A stretch of DNA of 63,992 nt, the filler included, from Stramenopiles sp. TOSAG23-3 (lineage: Eukaryota): assembly GCA_900128585.1 (NCBI GenBank). It is 5 parts of 5 records of this genome, joined end to end, with 100 filler letters (N's around TTAATTAATTAA, not from the genome) between each part and the next. Parts side by side here need not be neighbours in the genome. Positions count along the whole stretch, not along the records: positions 39,970 to 53,179 come from LT642635.1; positions 53,280 to 63,992 come from LT642793.1; 3 more parts are not named here. The stretch is one strand, 5' to 3'. A program made the translations under genes and the position numbers. Shown piece after piece: positions 51,248 to 62,708 of this stretch. The notes under the pieces were generated by a model, which saw only the letters and a program-made list of their open reading frames with translations, was not told where the DNA came from and did no database searches. Within the stretch, counting starts at the first letter, position 1. Every line of letters starts with the position of its first letter.

Positions 51248-52792
51248 CTAATTTTCTTCTTTGCCTAAACGCTCCTTCCACCCTTGGGAGATTGCCCGAA
51301 AATGTTCCTCGAGGTACTTGGTCCAATCCTTGCTCTTCTCCAAATACACAGCGCTCCCTTCCTCCTGCTCGAGCTTCAGCAGTGCACTAATGTTCCGGTG
51401 TGACCGATCGTCGTCGGAGAGCCACCAGAAATGGTCGTCCGTTTTTGCAGACCCTTCGTTAACTAGAGCCTTTACAATAGCATCCGGAAACTTTGAAGGG
51501 TGGGCGCAAGCCATGCAGACAATCGTACACTCGCTCCCTTTTCGAATCTCTATGTCGGCGGTTGCAACCCCCACGGCAGTGTGCGGATCCAGAGTATATC
51601 GGTCGGACGATCGATAAACCTTCTGAATCGTTTCCAGTGTTTTCTCGTCGTCGCAAAAGCTCGAGTGTACCCCCAGCGCGCGGATGGACTGCACAACTTC
51701 TCCCGACAGCCTCATCTCACCGGTCGCTTTGAAATTCATCATCAGGCTGTTGATATCGCCCCCGCCCACGCTTGCAAGGTACAACAGTCGCTCCACATTG
51801 TACGGCACCTGAATGTCCATGGACGGGGAAAGGGTTACCAGAACGTTCCGCCTCACTTCCGTGTCCCCAGTGCTCAAGAGCCGGTGAAGCACGCAGTTTG
51901 AATTTGTGCAGGCGAACAGACGCTTCACGGGCAGACCCATGAGCCTTGCAATGGCCCCGGCCGTGATGTGGCCAGCGGCGCCCGTTGGGACCGAAAAGTC
52001 AAGGCACTCGCCTTCGTTTACGGAGGGGTACACCTGCAGATATGCCCAGAAATAATGGATTGTTTGAACGATCAACCGACAAAAATTAACGCTATTGACG
52101 GACCCGAGGGAATGCTCCCGTTTGAAATCTTGCATGGAAAACAGTTTTTCCATTGGAACGTCAAGGTCGTCCGACGATCCTTCCACACCAATAACGTAGA
52201 CGTTCGGGTCCGATACAGTAGTCATCTGAAGCTCTTGAATTTTGCTTATTCCCATACCTCTCGGGTACAGCACCGTGATCGAAACGAACGGGAGGCCCCG
52301 GACCGACTCTATAGCAGAGGACCCCGTGTCTCCGCTGGTTCCGACAAGCAGGTTCAGCACTTTCTTCGGTTCCCCTTCCTTGACCTGGGCGTTGTGCTTT
52401 TCCAAAAAGTACGACAAAAGCTTCCCCAAAACTTGAAGGCCCAAATCTTTGAACGCAAGCGTCGGCCCGTGCCACAGTTCACACACGCGAAGCTGTCCGT
52501 CCACTTTCTTCAACTTACAAACCGAGGGAGTACCGAATCTTTCGAAGCTTGCCTTGCACAAGTTCAATAAGTCCTTCTCCGGGATCTCTTCCCTGGAGAT
52601 GAACAAAGACATGATCTCAGCGGCAAGGCTTTCATAGCTCAATCCTGCCCACGCTCGCAATGTTTCCCTAGACACTTTCGGGACAACTTGTGGCATTATC
52701 ATCCCATTGTCTTCTGCCCACCCGGAAAAGATTGCTTCCTCAAAAGAGTAAATTCTCTTGGCATCTTGGTCACGACAGGAAACGTACTTCAT
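51248..52792 (-). CDS. thrC: Threonine synthase (thrC/THNSL2-like, PLP-dependent)
   Basis: ELWHGPTLAFKD (PLP lysine), GTSGDTGSSA, IQELQMTT, SVNSVNF.R, VPTGAAG, LSPSMDI..PYN.ER, LDPHTAVG, AHPSKF. Confidence 0.9.
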   Translation of the reverse strand: MKYVSCRDQDAKRIYSFEEAIFSGWAEDNGMIMPQVVPKVSRETLRAWAGLSYESLAAEIMSLFISREEIPEKDLLNLCKASFERFGTPSVCKLKKVDGQLRVCELWHGPTLAFKDLGLQVLGKLLSYFLEKHNAQVKEGEPKKVLNLLVGTSGDTGSSAIESVRGLPFVSITVLYPRGMGISKIQELQMTTVSDPNVYVIGVEGSSDDLDVPMEKLFSMQDFKREHSLGSVNSVNFCRLIVQTIHYFWAYLQVYPSVNEGECLDFSVPTGAAGHITAGAIARLMGLPVKRLFACTNSNCVLHRLLSTGDTEVRRNVLVTLSPSMDIQVPYNVERLLYLASVGGGDINSLMMNFKATGEMRLSGEVVQSIRALGVHSSFCDDEKTLETIQKVYRSSDRYTLDPHTAVGVATADIEIRKGSECTIVCMACAHPSKFPDAIVKALVNEGSAKTDDHFWWLSDDDRSHRNISALLKLEQEEGSAVYLEKSKDWTKYLEEHFRAISQGWKERLGKEEN

Positions 52793-53076
52793 GATCGTCG
52801 TTGCACGTTACATTCACACGTGCCACAGGGTTTCAAAACGATAAAATTGACGTTTCTGTCATAGTCTTGGTTTAATTTTACAAGCAATGAAACGATGTTA
52901 CGAATGGAGTTAATTTTTTAGTAGTAAATTTCTGGATACGCAATACGAACGCACTACACACTCACTCCTCCGTCGTCGCACGTCGTCGCACCACCTCTTT
53001 TTCTCTTTTCCTCTTTTTTTATTTTAATGTAGACACAGCATAGGTAACGGAAATAGACGAAACATTGCGGAGTCAA

Positions 53077-53179
53077 GTATCTTTGGCGCGGAATTGAAAA
53101 GTTGCAAAGGACTTTGCGTTAACTATTTGAGACAAAGAGATCTTTATGAAAAAAGGGTATTTTTTCTAAATTTAAAGCG
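53077..53179 (+). ncRNA. Dispersed ~490-bp element, copy 3 (truncated by contig end)
   Basis: GTATCTTTGGCGCGGAATTGAAA..ACTTTGCGTTAACTATTT..AGATCTTTATGAAAAAA, collinear with copies 1 and 2. Confidence 0.55.
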
Positions 53180-53279
53180 NNNNNNNNNNNNNNNNNNNNN
53201 NNNNNNNNNNNNNNNNNNNNNNNTTAATTAATTAANNNNNNNNNNNNNNNNNNNNNNNNNNNNNNNNNNNNNNNNNNNN
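53180..53279. other. Artificial contig-joining spacer
   Basis: N44-TTAATTAATTAA-N44. Confidence 0.97.
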
Positions 53280-53354
<75 letters not shown>

Positions 53355-53356
53355 AA
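53280..53356. repeat. (GAAA)n microsatellite at contig start
   Basis: Direct inspection. Confidence 0.95.
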
Positions 53357-54305
53357 TGTAATGTTGTGATGTTGTGAATAATATTTTAACGACTTTTGTT
53401 GATTCATTTCCTCTTATTAAAAGGGTGGGCACCAGACACAGAAAGAGATCGGAACATTATCCAAAATGGCAATAGTATTTTGAATAAGATCCAGAACACC
53501 ATTGTCCAGAGTGTTCTTTCAATCGTATTGCATTCATTTCGGTGTTACCTAGTAGGTATTTTTTCCGTACCAGGTACCTGGTATTAAAAAATATTAATAC
53601 AACCTGTGACCAATTCGACACAGCAGGAATAATCGGTATTTCTTCACTAGGAAATTCTATAGAATCTCATCCTTGCGCGTGATAAACAACTAGAAGGAAG
53701 ATAGCAAAGGGAACCGCTCCCTCGAACGAAGGGAACATATTTTCCATTTAGTCACAAATCCGTGACATTTGGTGGAGAGTGTGGTCTATCATTTATTCTC
53801 ATATTATTTGCATTAATATATGCAGTGTTCTTACTATTGCATTACCAATTCCCTTTTTGTTTAGATAAATTGTATATACATGTTGAACCATTTTCAAATC
53901 AATAGTGATCAAAGAAAAAAAGTGTGAAAAAGTCTGTGAAGAAAGAAGGAAGCTGGACACAGCAATGGAATGTCAGTCAAGACGACAAGATGAATCCCTT
54001 CTATCTACCTATTTTTAGAGAATTTTAATACTTGATACTGTTATTATAGTGACAGCAGTATGTATAATTATTATATATTATATAATAAACAACAACTTTT
54101 AATTATCAACTTCCGGCTCACGAAAAGGCTTGTTCCAACTATTAATAGCAATCGACCACCGGTGGTACAGTTCATTTCCTAAATGAGTACGGCCCAACGT
54201 TTCTTTCATTTTGAAAACTGACGCACGCATTATTCAGTTCAGATCCCCCAAGTTTTTGAGCTACTCACCATTGAACCGCAACAACCCCTTCCACGCACTG
54301 CCCCC

Positions 54306-55556
54306 ATGGCACAAAACTCAACAGCTCCCACTAAGGACCAGCCGTTGACGTCCACCTGTCGAATTAGCTACCTGTCTTTCTTTCACAAGCACTACCTGCG
54401 AAACAACCGTGGGAGTGGAAAGAAAAATGTTCGCTGCTTCCCCCAATGCGCCTGCAACGGCCACGTCACCCGTGGTTTTTGTGGTTCTTCGGTCCACATC
54501 AAATGCCCCAACGTCCACGAGCAAGACCTCGTGTTCACGCAGTTCATCACTCCAAGTTTGACGACGATGTCGGAAACGGGCGAAGTAGACCCTAACCCGT
54601 TTGAAGTCAACCTTACCGTCGGAAACCGGTACGATTGGGATAAGCTGATGAGATACACTCGCCCAGACTATGCTGCAGGCGAAAGGAAGAAATTATTTCA
54701 AGCCCTTCCGACCTACGACTCCAAGCACAAAAGGAAGAAAGAGCTCGTGTGCTCCCCTCAGAGCTGGAGCTGCAGCTGGACCTCGAACAAGCACACCCAC
54801 GCCCTCATGCACTTGCTTCGAGCCTACCATTTCAGGTGGATCGAAGGGACCCACTACCCACAACAGTACATATTGGTAACGACTTGCGACTCGGGAGAGT
54901 TCCAACTGTCGAGCACGAAACGGTTCCAGATGGTACAGCGAGCGACGGAAAAGGAGACGGGGGGAAAGGTGAAACTGACGCATCCCCACGATTACGAGAA
55001 CACCGAAAAGCTCATGAAATCCCTCAAGAGCAACATTAACGGAATCAGACGCGTTCGCACCAACCGACAAGGTAAATCGGTCCGGCAAAAGCACATCGAG
55101 CAGGCCGAAAACGCGATCAAAAGAGACACCGTCCGCAGCGTTCCGAACGCCCCAGCCCGTCCCCCACGGAAGAAACGCAAAGCTTCCAAGAGCGTTGCCG
55201 CCAGTGCGAAGAGCAACGGCAAGGCTAAGGCTACGAAGAAGAGAAAAATGAACAAGGAGGGGGGGGGGCTAATGGCCCTGGTCAGTGCTATCGAAGACGG
55301 GGTGGGCGACGTGCAGCACCTCGTAAAAATGCTGGGCGGAGGCAAACCGAGAAAGACTATCCCGCGCAAGCCGCGGTCCAACGTAAACCGGTGGCGGATC
55401 GAGGAAGACAACCTGCTCCTCTACCACCGTCGGCTGTCGCCTCCCACAAGCTTTCAAAACATCAGCATGATGATGAAGAGTCGAACGCCTGCATCGTGCC
55501 AAAGCCGGTGGGTAGACTACTTGCAAGGTGCTAAAAACACCACGTTGCTTTTGTGA
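54306..55556 (+). CDS. Putative transcription factor: uncharacterised Cys/His N-terminal domain plus C-terminal Myb/SANT-like repeat
   Basis: YLRNNRGSGKKNVRCFPQC..GH...GFCG; basic NLS-like stretches; RWRIEEDNLL...F..IS..M..RT..SC.SRW..YL. Confidence 0.7.
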   Translation: MAQNSTAPTKDQPLTSTCRISYLSFFHKHYLRNNRGSGKKNVRCFPQCACNGHVTRGFCGSSVHIKCPNVHEQDLVFTQFITPSLTTMSETGEVDPNPFEVNLTVGNRYDWDKLMRYTRPDYAAGERKKLFQALPTYDSKHKRKKELVCSPQSWSCSWTSNKHTHALMHLLRAYHFRWIEGTHYPQQYILVTTCDSGEFQLSSTKRFQMVQRATEKETGGKVKLTHPHDYENTEKLMKSLKSNINGIRRVRTNRQGKSVRQKHIEQAENAIKRDTVRSVPNAPARPPRKKRKASKSVAASAKSNGKAKATKKRKMNKEGGGLMALVSAIEDGVGDVQHLVKMLGGGKPRKTIPRKPRSNVNRWRIEEDNLLLYHRRLSPPTSFQNISMMMKSRTPASCQSRWVDYLQGAKNTTLLL

Positions 55557-56355
55557 ATAGTTCTACACTGGTCAGTCTTTCAGGTAGACGTGCATCACAC
55601 GAATTTTGATACTTTGAGACAATAATTGTTTTAAATCTTAGAAAAGAAGAAGTCGAAAAAAAAACATCGCTAACTTCAGGAAATACAGACTGACGTATCC
55701 TCGTAATGGTAGTATAATACGTCGTATATATATTATTATTATTATACTCTCCTTCTTCCTCCTTCTTCCTTCCTTTTGAAAAAATAATTTAATTATAAGC
55801 CTATAGACTATGAAACTAAACTAACTAGCCTAAAAAAATAATAATCCTAATTAAAGTTCTACAAAAAAAAACCTCTCCCAGACATCAGACAGTGTGTTCT
55901 CCTCCTCAGAACAACTGCGGTGTACAACAACGAACAGCAACAAAAGAAGAAAACAACAACACAACACAGAATGGAATAATAAAGAATCACCACCACAAAA
56001 ATTATTATTCTTCGTCGTTTTTTGTTGTTTTTTTTTTTTGTTTTGTTTGAAAGAAAAGAAGGAAAAAAATGACCTTTTCTTCCTCCTCCTACAATAAATA
56101 GCTCCGTCCCACATAAATTCGACTACATATACTCGTACGCGAGGACATGTATGTTTGTATGTGCCATTTGGATTTATGAACTTTAAAAGTTTACGTGAAA
56201 GAGATTCATTTTATAACATTTTGTTGTTATAGAAAAAGTAGCGCAACGGTAAAATTGACGGAAGAACGGGCGGACGGAAGGGCGGTTGATCAATCGAGTA
56301 GGTCTTTTTTTTTCAATTCCCAGAAACGCAAGAACGGTGTACAGATCTGCTGACG

Positions 56356-57261
56356 ATGGTTCTGTTCTTGCCCACCGTGATTGTTGCGGCAGTGCTACTA
56401 CTTGATTCAGTAGAGTTGACAGCTGCGCAGCTGACGGTACGGCCCGGTTTGCAACGTCCGCGGTATGGGCCAACGAACGCGACTTTTTTCTCAGTGCAGC
56501 GTGCGAAGCTTTTCGCACATTTTTCCAACGCGGCATATTGCAGTGCCGAATCCATAAAGGACTGGTCCTGCGTACCGTGCAAGGAAGCCGACCCTACCTT
56601 TTCTGCCAAAGTCTACGAGGGGCAGAATGCTGGGACGCAAGCGTTCGTTGGGGCGTCGAAGGATAGCATTGTGGTCTCCTTTCGAGGGTCTGCGAACTTT
56701 GAGAATTGGATTCATAATTTGGAGGCAGCAAAACGTGCGGCGTACCCGAAGTGTGACGGCTGTGAAGTTCACGATGGATTCTACACCGCGTGGCAGGAAC
56801 TGCAAGGGATTGTTGTTGATGAAACCGTCCGATTGGTGAAACAGAACCCGAATGCCCTTATTTTTGTGACTGGCCACAGCCTTGGGGCGGCGCTTGCCGT
56901 CCTCTGTGCCGCGGAGCTTGGAGCTTCGGAGCACAGTTTAGGGTTTCCCATCGAAGCCGTCTACACGTACGGTCAACCGAGAGTAGGGAACGCAGCATTC
57001 CACGATTTTTATAGCTCGGGGTCCCACGTCAGTTGGCGGTTGACCCATTTTCGGGATATCGTTCCACACTTGCCGTTCGAATGGCTAGGGTTTGTGCACA
57101 CTCGTAGGGAAGTGTACTGGGACGAACGCCAAACCACTCACAGGATATGCGATGACAGTGGGGAGGATCCGGAGTGTTCGGACCAAGCTGAAGCGACGGA
57201 ATACTCCATTGCCGACCATTTCAATTATGTTAACGTGAGCATTTGTGCATGTTCGGATTAA
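56356..57261 (+). CDS. Secreted class 3 lipase
   Basis: Signal peptide; VVSFRGS, VHDGF, VTGHSLGAALA, YTYGQPRVGN, DIVPHLP, DHFNY. Confidence 0.93.
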   Translation: MVLFLPTVIVAAVLLLDSVELTAAQLTVRPGLQRPRYGPTNATFFSVQRAKLFAHFSNAAYCSAESIKDWSCVPCKEADPTFSAKVYEGQNAGTQAFVGASKDSIVVSFRGSANFENWIHNLEAAKRAAYPKCDGCEVHDGFYTAWQELQGIVVDETVRLVKQNPNALIFVTGHSLGAALAVLCAAELGASEHSLGFPIEAVYTYGQPRVGNAAFHDFYSSGSHVSWRLTHFRDIVPHLPFEWLGFVHTRREVYWDERQTTHRICDDSGEDPECSDQAEATEYSIADHFNYVNVSICACSD

Positions 57262-57932
57262 ATGGTTGACATCAATATTTACGCCTCTCTTTTTTTCTCT
57301 TCTTTGCGGTGGGCCATCTACACAATAATTATTTCATACGCGCTGCAAAATTTCCAGAATCCTCCAAAAATTGAGAAATTGCACTTTTTTCATTATTTTT
57401 TAGTACCAACAAGGGTACAGCATTTTTTATTATTTATGTGCGCTTCGAATGCTACTACCGTGCTGCGTACCTCGTATTTTTATACCCAAATACTAAAATA
57501 ATTAATCAATCAAATAGGTATTTTATTATATTCTAAATACACAACCAAGTAGGAGGCACGGCACGTACTACCACCGGTAGAAAACAATTAAATTCTTCCA
57601 TTTTTTTTTTTTTCCAAGTAGCAAGAAGAAAAAAAAGAAGAAAATTACCTTTGTTGTTAGGCGACAGGAGTTCACGTTCAAAAAGTTTACGTTAACAAAC
57701 ATTCTTCTTCTGTTCTTCTTCAACGATGATTCAGATTTTAAATGTTTTGTAGTATTTGTAGATCAATTGAAAGAGCGAGAGAGGAAGATATTTTATTTTG
57801 TATGGTTCTATCCCGTTCTGTTTTTACGAGACGATTAAACGGTTTTTGATTAAATTGATCGTTCTGGCATACAGTGCGCTGGCCGATGGTATGAAAGTGT
57901 AACGTACAGATATTGTAAAAGCAACGAAGGCA

Positions 57933-58619
57933 ATGTCGGACGGGGACGTACCGAACGCAGCGAACAGGGACGAAGCGAACCGGGCCCGTGGGCTCGGTAT
58001 GGAAGCCCTGCGTACTGCGAACTCTGCGATCCTTGCGCCGGACCGTTCTAACGTCAGTGTCGTAGTTTACCAATACAAACGGGCCGTACGGATGTTAAAA
58101 GTCTCCTTGCGTATGTACGAAAACCCTAGCGTCCGCGACGAGCTCAACACAGCCCTGGCGGGTTTGGCCCGCGCAGAAGGCCCCAGGAGGCCGGGTCAAA
58201 GCGGAAGCAGCTCAGCTAGGGCGGCGGCGGAACGGCCCGCCGACCAGGCTGCTGGTGCAAGTACTCGGACAGGCAACTCGCCTGAATTCTACCCGAACAT
58301 CCCCCAGCGAAATAGGCAAGGTGGCTGCCCGGGCCTTATTCGCCGCTCTCGACTGTGCACGTGCGTCCACCCTGATTACCGCGTTCCCATTGCGTTCATC
58401 TTTTTCGTAGCGTGGGGGATTATCCTCTATCGGTGGGTGCTCCATCGCGGCCCATCCTGGCAGAATTTTGTTGAATATGCTACCCCCGAAGCTCCCACCG
58501 GACCTTGGAGCATTGTAAAAAGAATACCCAGAGGGCTGATGCTGAGCATGACGGTGATGTTCGTTCAGAGAGTCATCTTTGGTAGAGAAGAAGTGAACTT
58601 CTTCTTTTGGTCGTTTTGA
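57933..58619 (+). CDS. Membrane protein with DNAJB12/14-like N-terminal helical hairpin, no J domain
   Basis: NRDEANRARGLGMEAL...AVRMLKVSLRMY; one or two C-terminal hydrophobic helices; no HPD motif. Confidence 0.55.
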   Translation: MSDGDVPNAANRDEANRARGLGMEALRTANSAILAPDRSNVSVVVYQYKRAVRMLKVSLRMYENPSVRDELNTALAGLARAEGPRRPGQSGSSSARAAAERPADQAAGASTRTGNSPEFYPNIPQRNRQGGCPGLIRRSRLCTCVHPDYRVPIAFIFFVAWGIILYRWVLHRGPSWQNFVEYATPEAPTGPWSIVKRIPRGLMLSMTVMFVQRVIFGREEVNFFFWSF

Positions 58620-58859
58620 TTGAAGTGATGGGCGCGGGGGGGGGGAGGGTGCAAAAGAGTTTTCAAAAAGGCGGGATGTAAACCAAAGAGAGTACGAACC
58701 CCATGTGTGTCTCTCGCTTTGTAACATTTGTTTTTACATTGTATCACATTTATCATCGTTTTTGAATATTTTTTAAAAAACGCACGAAGTAAAGTTTTAT
58801 AAAAATATTGTATGATACGTAAGTCAACATAAATAAGTGAAGATTAAATGACAAAAGTA

Positions 58860-59179
58860 AATTGATTAAGAAAACCACACCACGTGGAGCAGAAATTAAT
58901 TCACAGTACATGAAGGAAGTAAAACTTTACTGGGCATAAGGAGCAGAAATAAATTCGCGGTACATGAAGACATAAATTTTAAATACCTTAGCTTAAGAAC
59001 AGCCATTATTTTGTTTTTAAATGATTGAGTCACCTATGAGTGAGATATCGGATGAGGAAGTTGATTACGGTTCATTTGCAAGCATTGCTAATCCAGATAC
59101 CTAGATTTCAGTTTTCAGTTTTCAGTTCGGAGTACATTAATTTTAATTACTTAAATAACAGCCAATTTTCTTGTTTTTA
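58860..59179 (-). repeat. Repeat family B copy
   Basis: ATTGATTA.GAAAACCAC..GAGCAGAA..GTACATGAAG twice, then CTAGATTTCAGTT..GTACATTAATTTTAATTACTTAAATAACAGCCAATTTTCTTGTTTTT. Confidence 0.85.
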
Positions 59180-59292
59180 TTAAAAAAATTAAAAAAGTTT
59201 TCAAAACGAAAACGGAGCGGGCGGCAGGCCTCGCGAGTGAGTATGTAATTTTATTAGCGTGTTGTGAGCCCGTCCCCGTCCACTCGTCATCG

Positions 59293-59880
59293 TTAACAAC
59301 ACCCACCGCTCTTCTTGGCCTTTGGTTTGCTTACTTTCACCGCGGACTCTGTCCTTTTCTCCGGCATCCGCTTGACTATTTCAGAAAAAAGTTCAATAAC
59401 CCCGGTTCCTAACTTTGCGGACGTGTTCATGTGGATCATCCCGTGCTGCTCCGCAAAGGCGACGGCCTCGTCTTCGGACACCTGGCGCCGGCTGTCCGGA
59501 ATATCGCACTTGTTGGACGCCAAGCCGAGCACAATGTCGTCATCCGTCTCGGCCCGCAACTTTTCGAGCCACTCGACGGCCTTTTCGTAAGATTTTCTGT
59601 TCCCGACGTCAAAGACGATGACGGCCGCCTGGGCACCCCGGTAGTACAGGGGAGCAATGGCCGCGTACCGTTCTTGCCCTGCAGTGTCCCAAATGTCCAG
59701 CACCCTGCCGTCGACGGTCTTTTGCTTGTAGGCCGCGCCGATCGTTGCCATTTCGTTCTCGCTAAATTTATCGTCTACTAAGCGAATCGTTAAGCACGTT
59801 TTTCCTACACCTTGCCCCCCTAACATGACAACTTTCGCGGACGACGGCCCCCCAGCAGTGGTTGGAGTGAATTTGGCCAT
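59293..59880 (-). CDS. Rab GTPase, Rab5-related
   Basis: GGQGVGKT, TIGAAY, WDTAGQERY..IAPLYYRGAQAA, NKCD, TSAK, C-terminal GGCC; ATG at 59880. Confidence 0.9.
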   Translation of the reverse strand: MAKFTPTTAGGPSSAKVVMLGGQGVGKTCLTIRLVDDKFSENEMATIGAAYKQKTVDGRVLDIWDTAGQERYAAIAPLYYRGAQAAVIVFDVGNRKSYEKAVEWLEKLRAETDDDIVLGLASNKCDIPDSRRQVSEDEAVAFAEQHGMIHMNTSAKLGTGVIELFSEIVKRMPEKRTESAVKVSKPKAKKSGGCC

Positions 59881-60089
59881 TGCACGACGCTTATAAGTAA
59901 TAACAAGGAACGCCTGGACGGACGGACGGACAGACGGGCGGACGGACGGATGGATGGATAGAGGAAGAATAAACAAACAAACGCGCAGGCACACACACAC
60001 AAATGGTCGTTGTTATTGATGAATAGGAATTACAAAGGGGCCTAGAACATGAATAATAAAAAGAGAGAGAAAAAGAAACAAATGAAGAA

Positions 60090-60138
60090 AGGAAGGAAGG
60101 AAGGAAGGAAGGAAGGAAGGAAGGAAGGAAGGAAGGAA
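60090..60138. repeat. (GGAA)n microsatellite
   Basis: Direct inspection. Confidence 0.9.
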
Positions 60139-60562
60139 AGAATAAAAGTTACTAAGATTCCTCATTATTAAAAAAACGGTATAAATAATAATAATATAAT
60201 ATTTTTATTTATATATTATTATAGAAGACTACTACTACCCGTAGTAATAATATTTAATTATTAATATTTTATAATACTGTAGTTACTAATAAAATAAAAA
60301 CTTTTTTTTTTTAAATCATCTTCTTATCTGGTTCTATCATATTATCTGATATCACACTACGGCGATAATAATACACGCACACACTTAAATTTATTACTTA
60401 AATTATATTATTATTAATATTTTTTTTTTATGACACCTAAAAAAATTATTATTCGATTAATATAATGTATTATCACCTGATGAAACCAACAACAAAAGTG
60501 GTCCAACAAGAGATCATCATCTACCAAGTAATAACAATATAATAATAATAAAGCAGACCAGC

Positions 60563-60594
<32 letters not shown>

Positions 60595-60790
60595 GGGAGA
60601 GGAGAGGAGAGGAGAGGAGAGGAGAGGGAAAAAAAAATAATATTATACCACCACCAAGGTAATAATAAAAAAAAAACCCTCATCAACAATACGGTAATAA
60701 TAATTGTTGTTAATCTTAAGCTTGGACTACTATTAAAATTATAAGTACGAGGATGGAAATACTCGTAATTTAAATTACTGCCTGCGTTTG

Positions 60791-60886
60791 TTTAAATGCA
60801 TGGATAAATGTCTCTACGTTTGAAATATCGAATTTAGTTTTAAATGCATGGATAAATGTCTCTACGTTTGAAATATCGAATTTAGT
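60791..60886. repeat. Perfect 48-bp tandem duplication
   Basis: TTTAAATGCATGGATAAATGTCTCTACGTTTGAAATATCGAATTTAGT twice. Confidence 0.95.
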
Positions 60887-60957
60887 CATTGGATTCTTGT
60901 TGTTATTTTGTTTGTTTGGTAACCATTTTGTTTTGCTCACGGTGCGTATAAATTGAA

Positions 60958-61869
60958 ATGGCAGCGGTTGTGGCTACGGCGGAGGTTTCGCCACCGACGG
61001 AACGGTTGAAGGGTTTGTTGGCAAGTGGGAAGTGTCTGAACGTTCCCTGTTGCTGGGATGGGCTTACGGCCCGGCTTGTTCATCAGGCAGGGTTTTCCTG
61101 CACTTTTATGAGTGGGTACTCGGTGAGCGCCTCGCGCGGCTTCCCCGACTGCCAGCTGGTCTCCTACGAAGAGATGCGGCAGAACGCAACGCTCATCTGT
61201 TCCTCTGTCCCTGACATGCCCGTCATTGGGGACGGTGACACGGGGTATGGGAACTGCGTGAGCGTCAAGCGGACCGTAAAAGGGTACGCGCGGGCGGGAA
61301 TGGCGGCCATCATGATAGAGGACCAAAGGGCCCCGAAACGGTGCGGTCACGTCGGTGGGAAAGATGTCGTGTCCCGGGCCGTTGCCTTCGAACGGGTCCG
61401 CGCCGCGTGCGACGCCCGGGACGAGCTTCGCGCGTCGAGACAGGGCGACATTTTGATTTTGGCACGGACCGACGCCCGGGTAGTGTCCATGGAGGAAGCC
61501 ATCTTTCGCTGCCAGGAGTTCAGACGGTTGGGGGCAGACATCACTTTCCTTGAAGCCCCGCAGTCGGTGGAAGAAATGAAAGACTATTGCGCGAATGTGA
61601 CCGGCCCGAAAATGGCCAACATGCTGGAAGGGGGAAAGACCCCAATAATGACCACGAAAGAGCTGGAAAGCCTCGGGTTTTCCCTGGCCGTCCGGCCTAT
61701 TACCCTGCTGAGCACGGCCATCAAGGCCATGCAGGCTGCGCTCAACGATTTGAAGAATGAGCAAGACACCACGCCGAACATGCTGCCCTCCTTTGCCGAG
61801 CTGAAGACCGTTGTTGGCTTCGACGAGTACTTTGAGGAAGAGAAAAAGTACGTCGTCAACAAGGATTGA
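60958..61869 (+). CDS. Isocitrate lyase/PEP mutase family lyase (methylisocitrate/2,3-dimethylmalate lyase-like)
   Basis: GFPD, DGDTGYG, IEDQ..PKRCGH, ARTDA, GAD..F.EAP, ANMLEGGKTP. Confidence 0.9.
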   Translation: MAAVVATAEVSPPTERLKGLLASGKCLNVPCCWDGLTARLVHQAGFSCTFMSGYSVSASRGFPDCQLVSYEEMRQNATLICSSVPDMPVIGDGDTGYGNCVSVKRTVKGYARAGMAAIMIEDQRAPKRCGHVGGKDVVSRAVAFERVRAACDARDELRASRQGDILILARTDARVVSMEEAIFRCQEFRRLGADITFLEAPQSVEEMKDYCANVTGPKMANMLEGGKTPIMTTKELESLGFSLAVRPITLLSTAIKAMQAALNDLKNEQDTTPNMLPSFAELKTVVGFDEYFEEEKKYVVNKD

Positions 61870-62113
61870 AATTTAGTGACACTTCTCCAAAGGTAGGTAG
61901 GTACCGAGAGGTACCGGTACTGCAGTAGGAATAATACAAATGGTATACGCTACATCCAGCTTGTGTTGGTCTTATTTGTCGTCCGTAAAAACCCCATGCT
62001 ATGAAAACTATAATAATCGAACAAATCACACTACAACGACGTCCAAAACGCCCTCATCGAACCTAAATCCTTCCTCCCGCATAACCCAGAACCCAGAACT
62101 GTGACTAACTATT

Positions 62114-62226
62114 TAAAACAAGAAAATTGGCTGTTATTGCTATTTAAAAAAACAAATTAATATCTAGGTATGCTTTAAGACTCTCATTTTATATTCAATT
62201 CCAATTTCAGTTCCAACACTTATCCT
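62114..62226 (+). repeat. Repeat family B copy
   Basis: AAAACAAGAAAATTGGCTGTTATT plus the reverse complement of the 18686-18737 module (GTATGCTTTAAGACTCTCATTTTA..ATTTCAGTTCCAAC). Confidence 0.85.
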
Positions 62227-62487
62227 TAACTTGGTTTTTACTAACTATATTTTAAAAAATATATTTTATCAAATCCAACGATTGGTTCGTCGCACACCCT
62301 ATAAATGAAATCCTCTATGAAATTTATAACAAAGCACGTTGAATAGTGGAGCAAAAAAATCATCCAAATATGAGCTAGCTACCACCGGACCGGTACCGTA
62401 GTCCTCGTATTAGACGACTAATATATAGACACTAAGACTACGGCCTTCTAGTCCTATGTAATAATAAATAAGTCAGTCATCTATTAT

Positions 62488-62673
62488 GAAGAAGGAAAGA
62501 AGGAAAGAAGGAAAGAAGGAAAGAAGGAAAGAAGGAAAGAAGGAAAGAAGGAAAGAAGGAAAGAAGGAAGGAAGAAGGAAGAAGGAAAGAAGGAAAGAAG
62601 GAAAGAAGGAAGAAGGAAAGAAGGAAAGAAGGAAGAAGGAAGAAGGAAGAAGGAAGAAGGAAAGAAGGAAGAA
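62488..62673. repeat. (GAAGGAAA)n / (GAAGGAA)n purine-rich minisatellite
   Basis: Direct inspection. Confidence 0.95.
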
Positions 62674-62708
62674 ACAAATACCATACCGACGGGGGAGTGC
62701 CAGAAAGA

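Noticed and set aside
38066-52792. Metabolic gene cluster (HIBCH, carrier, threonine synthase)
   Set aside because: The genes are on different contigs or separated by unrelated genes; adjacency across spacers is artificial.
60937-61764. 275-aa minus-strand ORF and similar antisense ORFs (e.g. 305-961, 2952-3479, 6863-7558, 38291-38899)
   Set aside because: Shadow ORFs opposite well-supported genes, with no recognisable domains.
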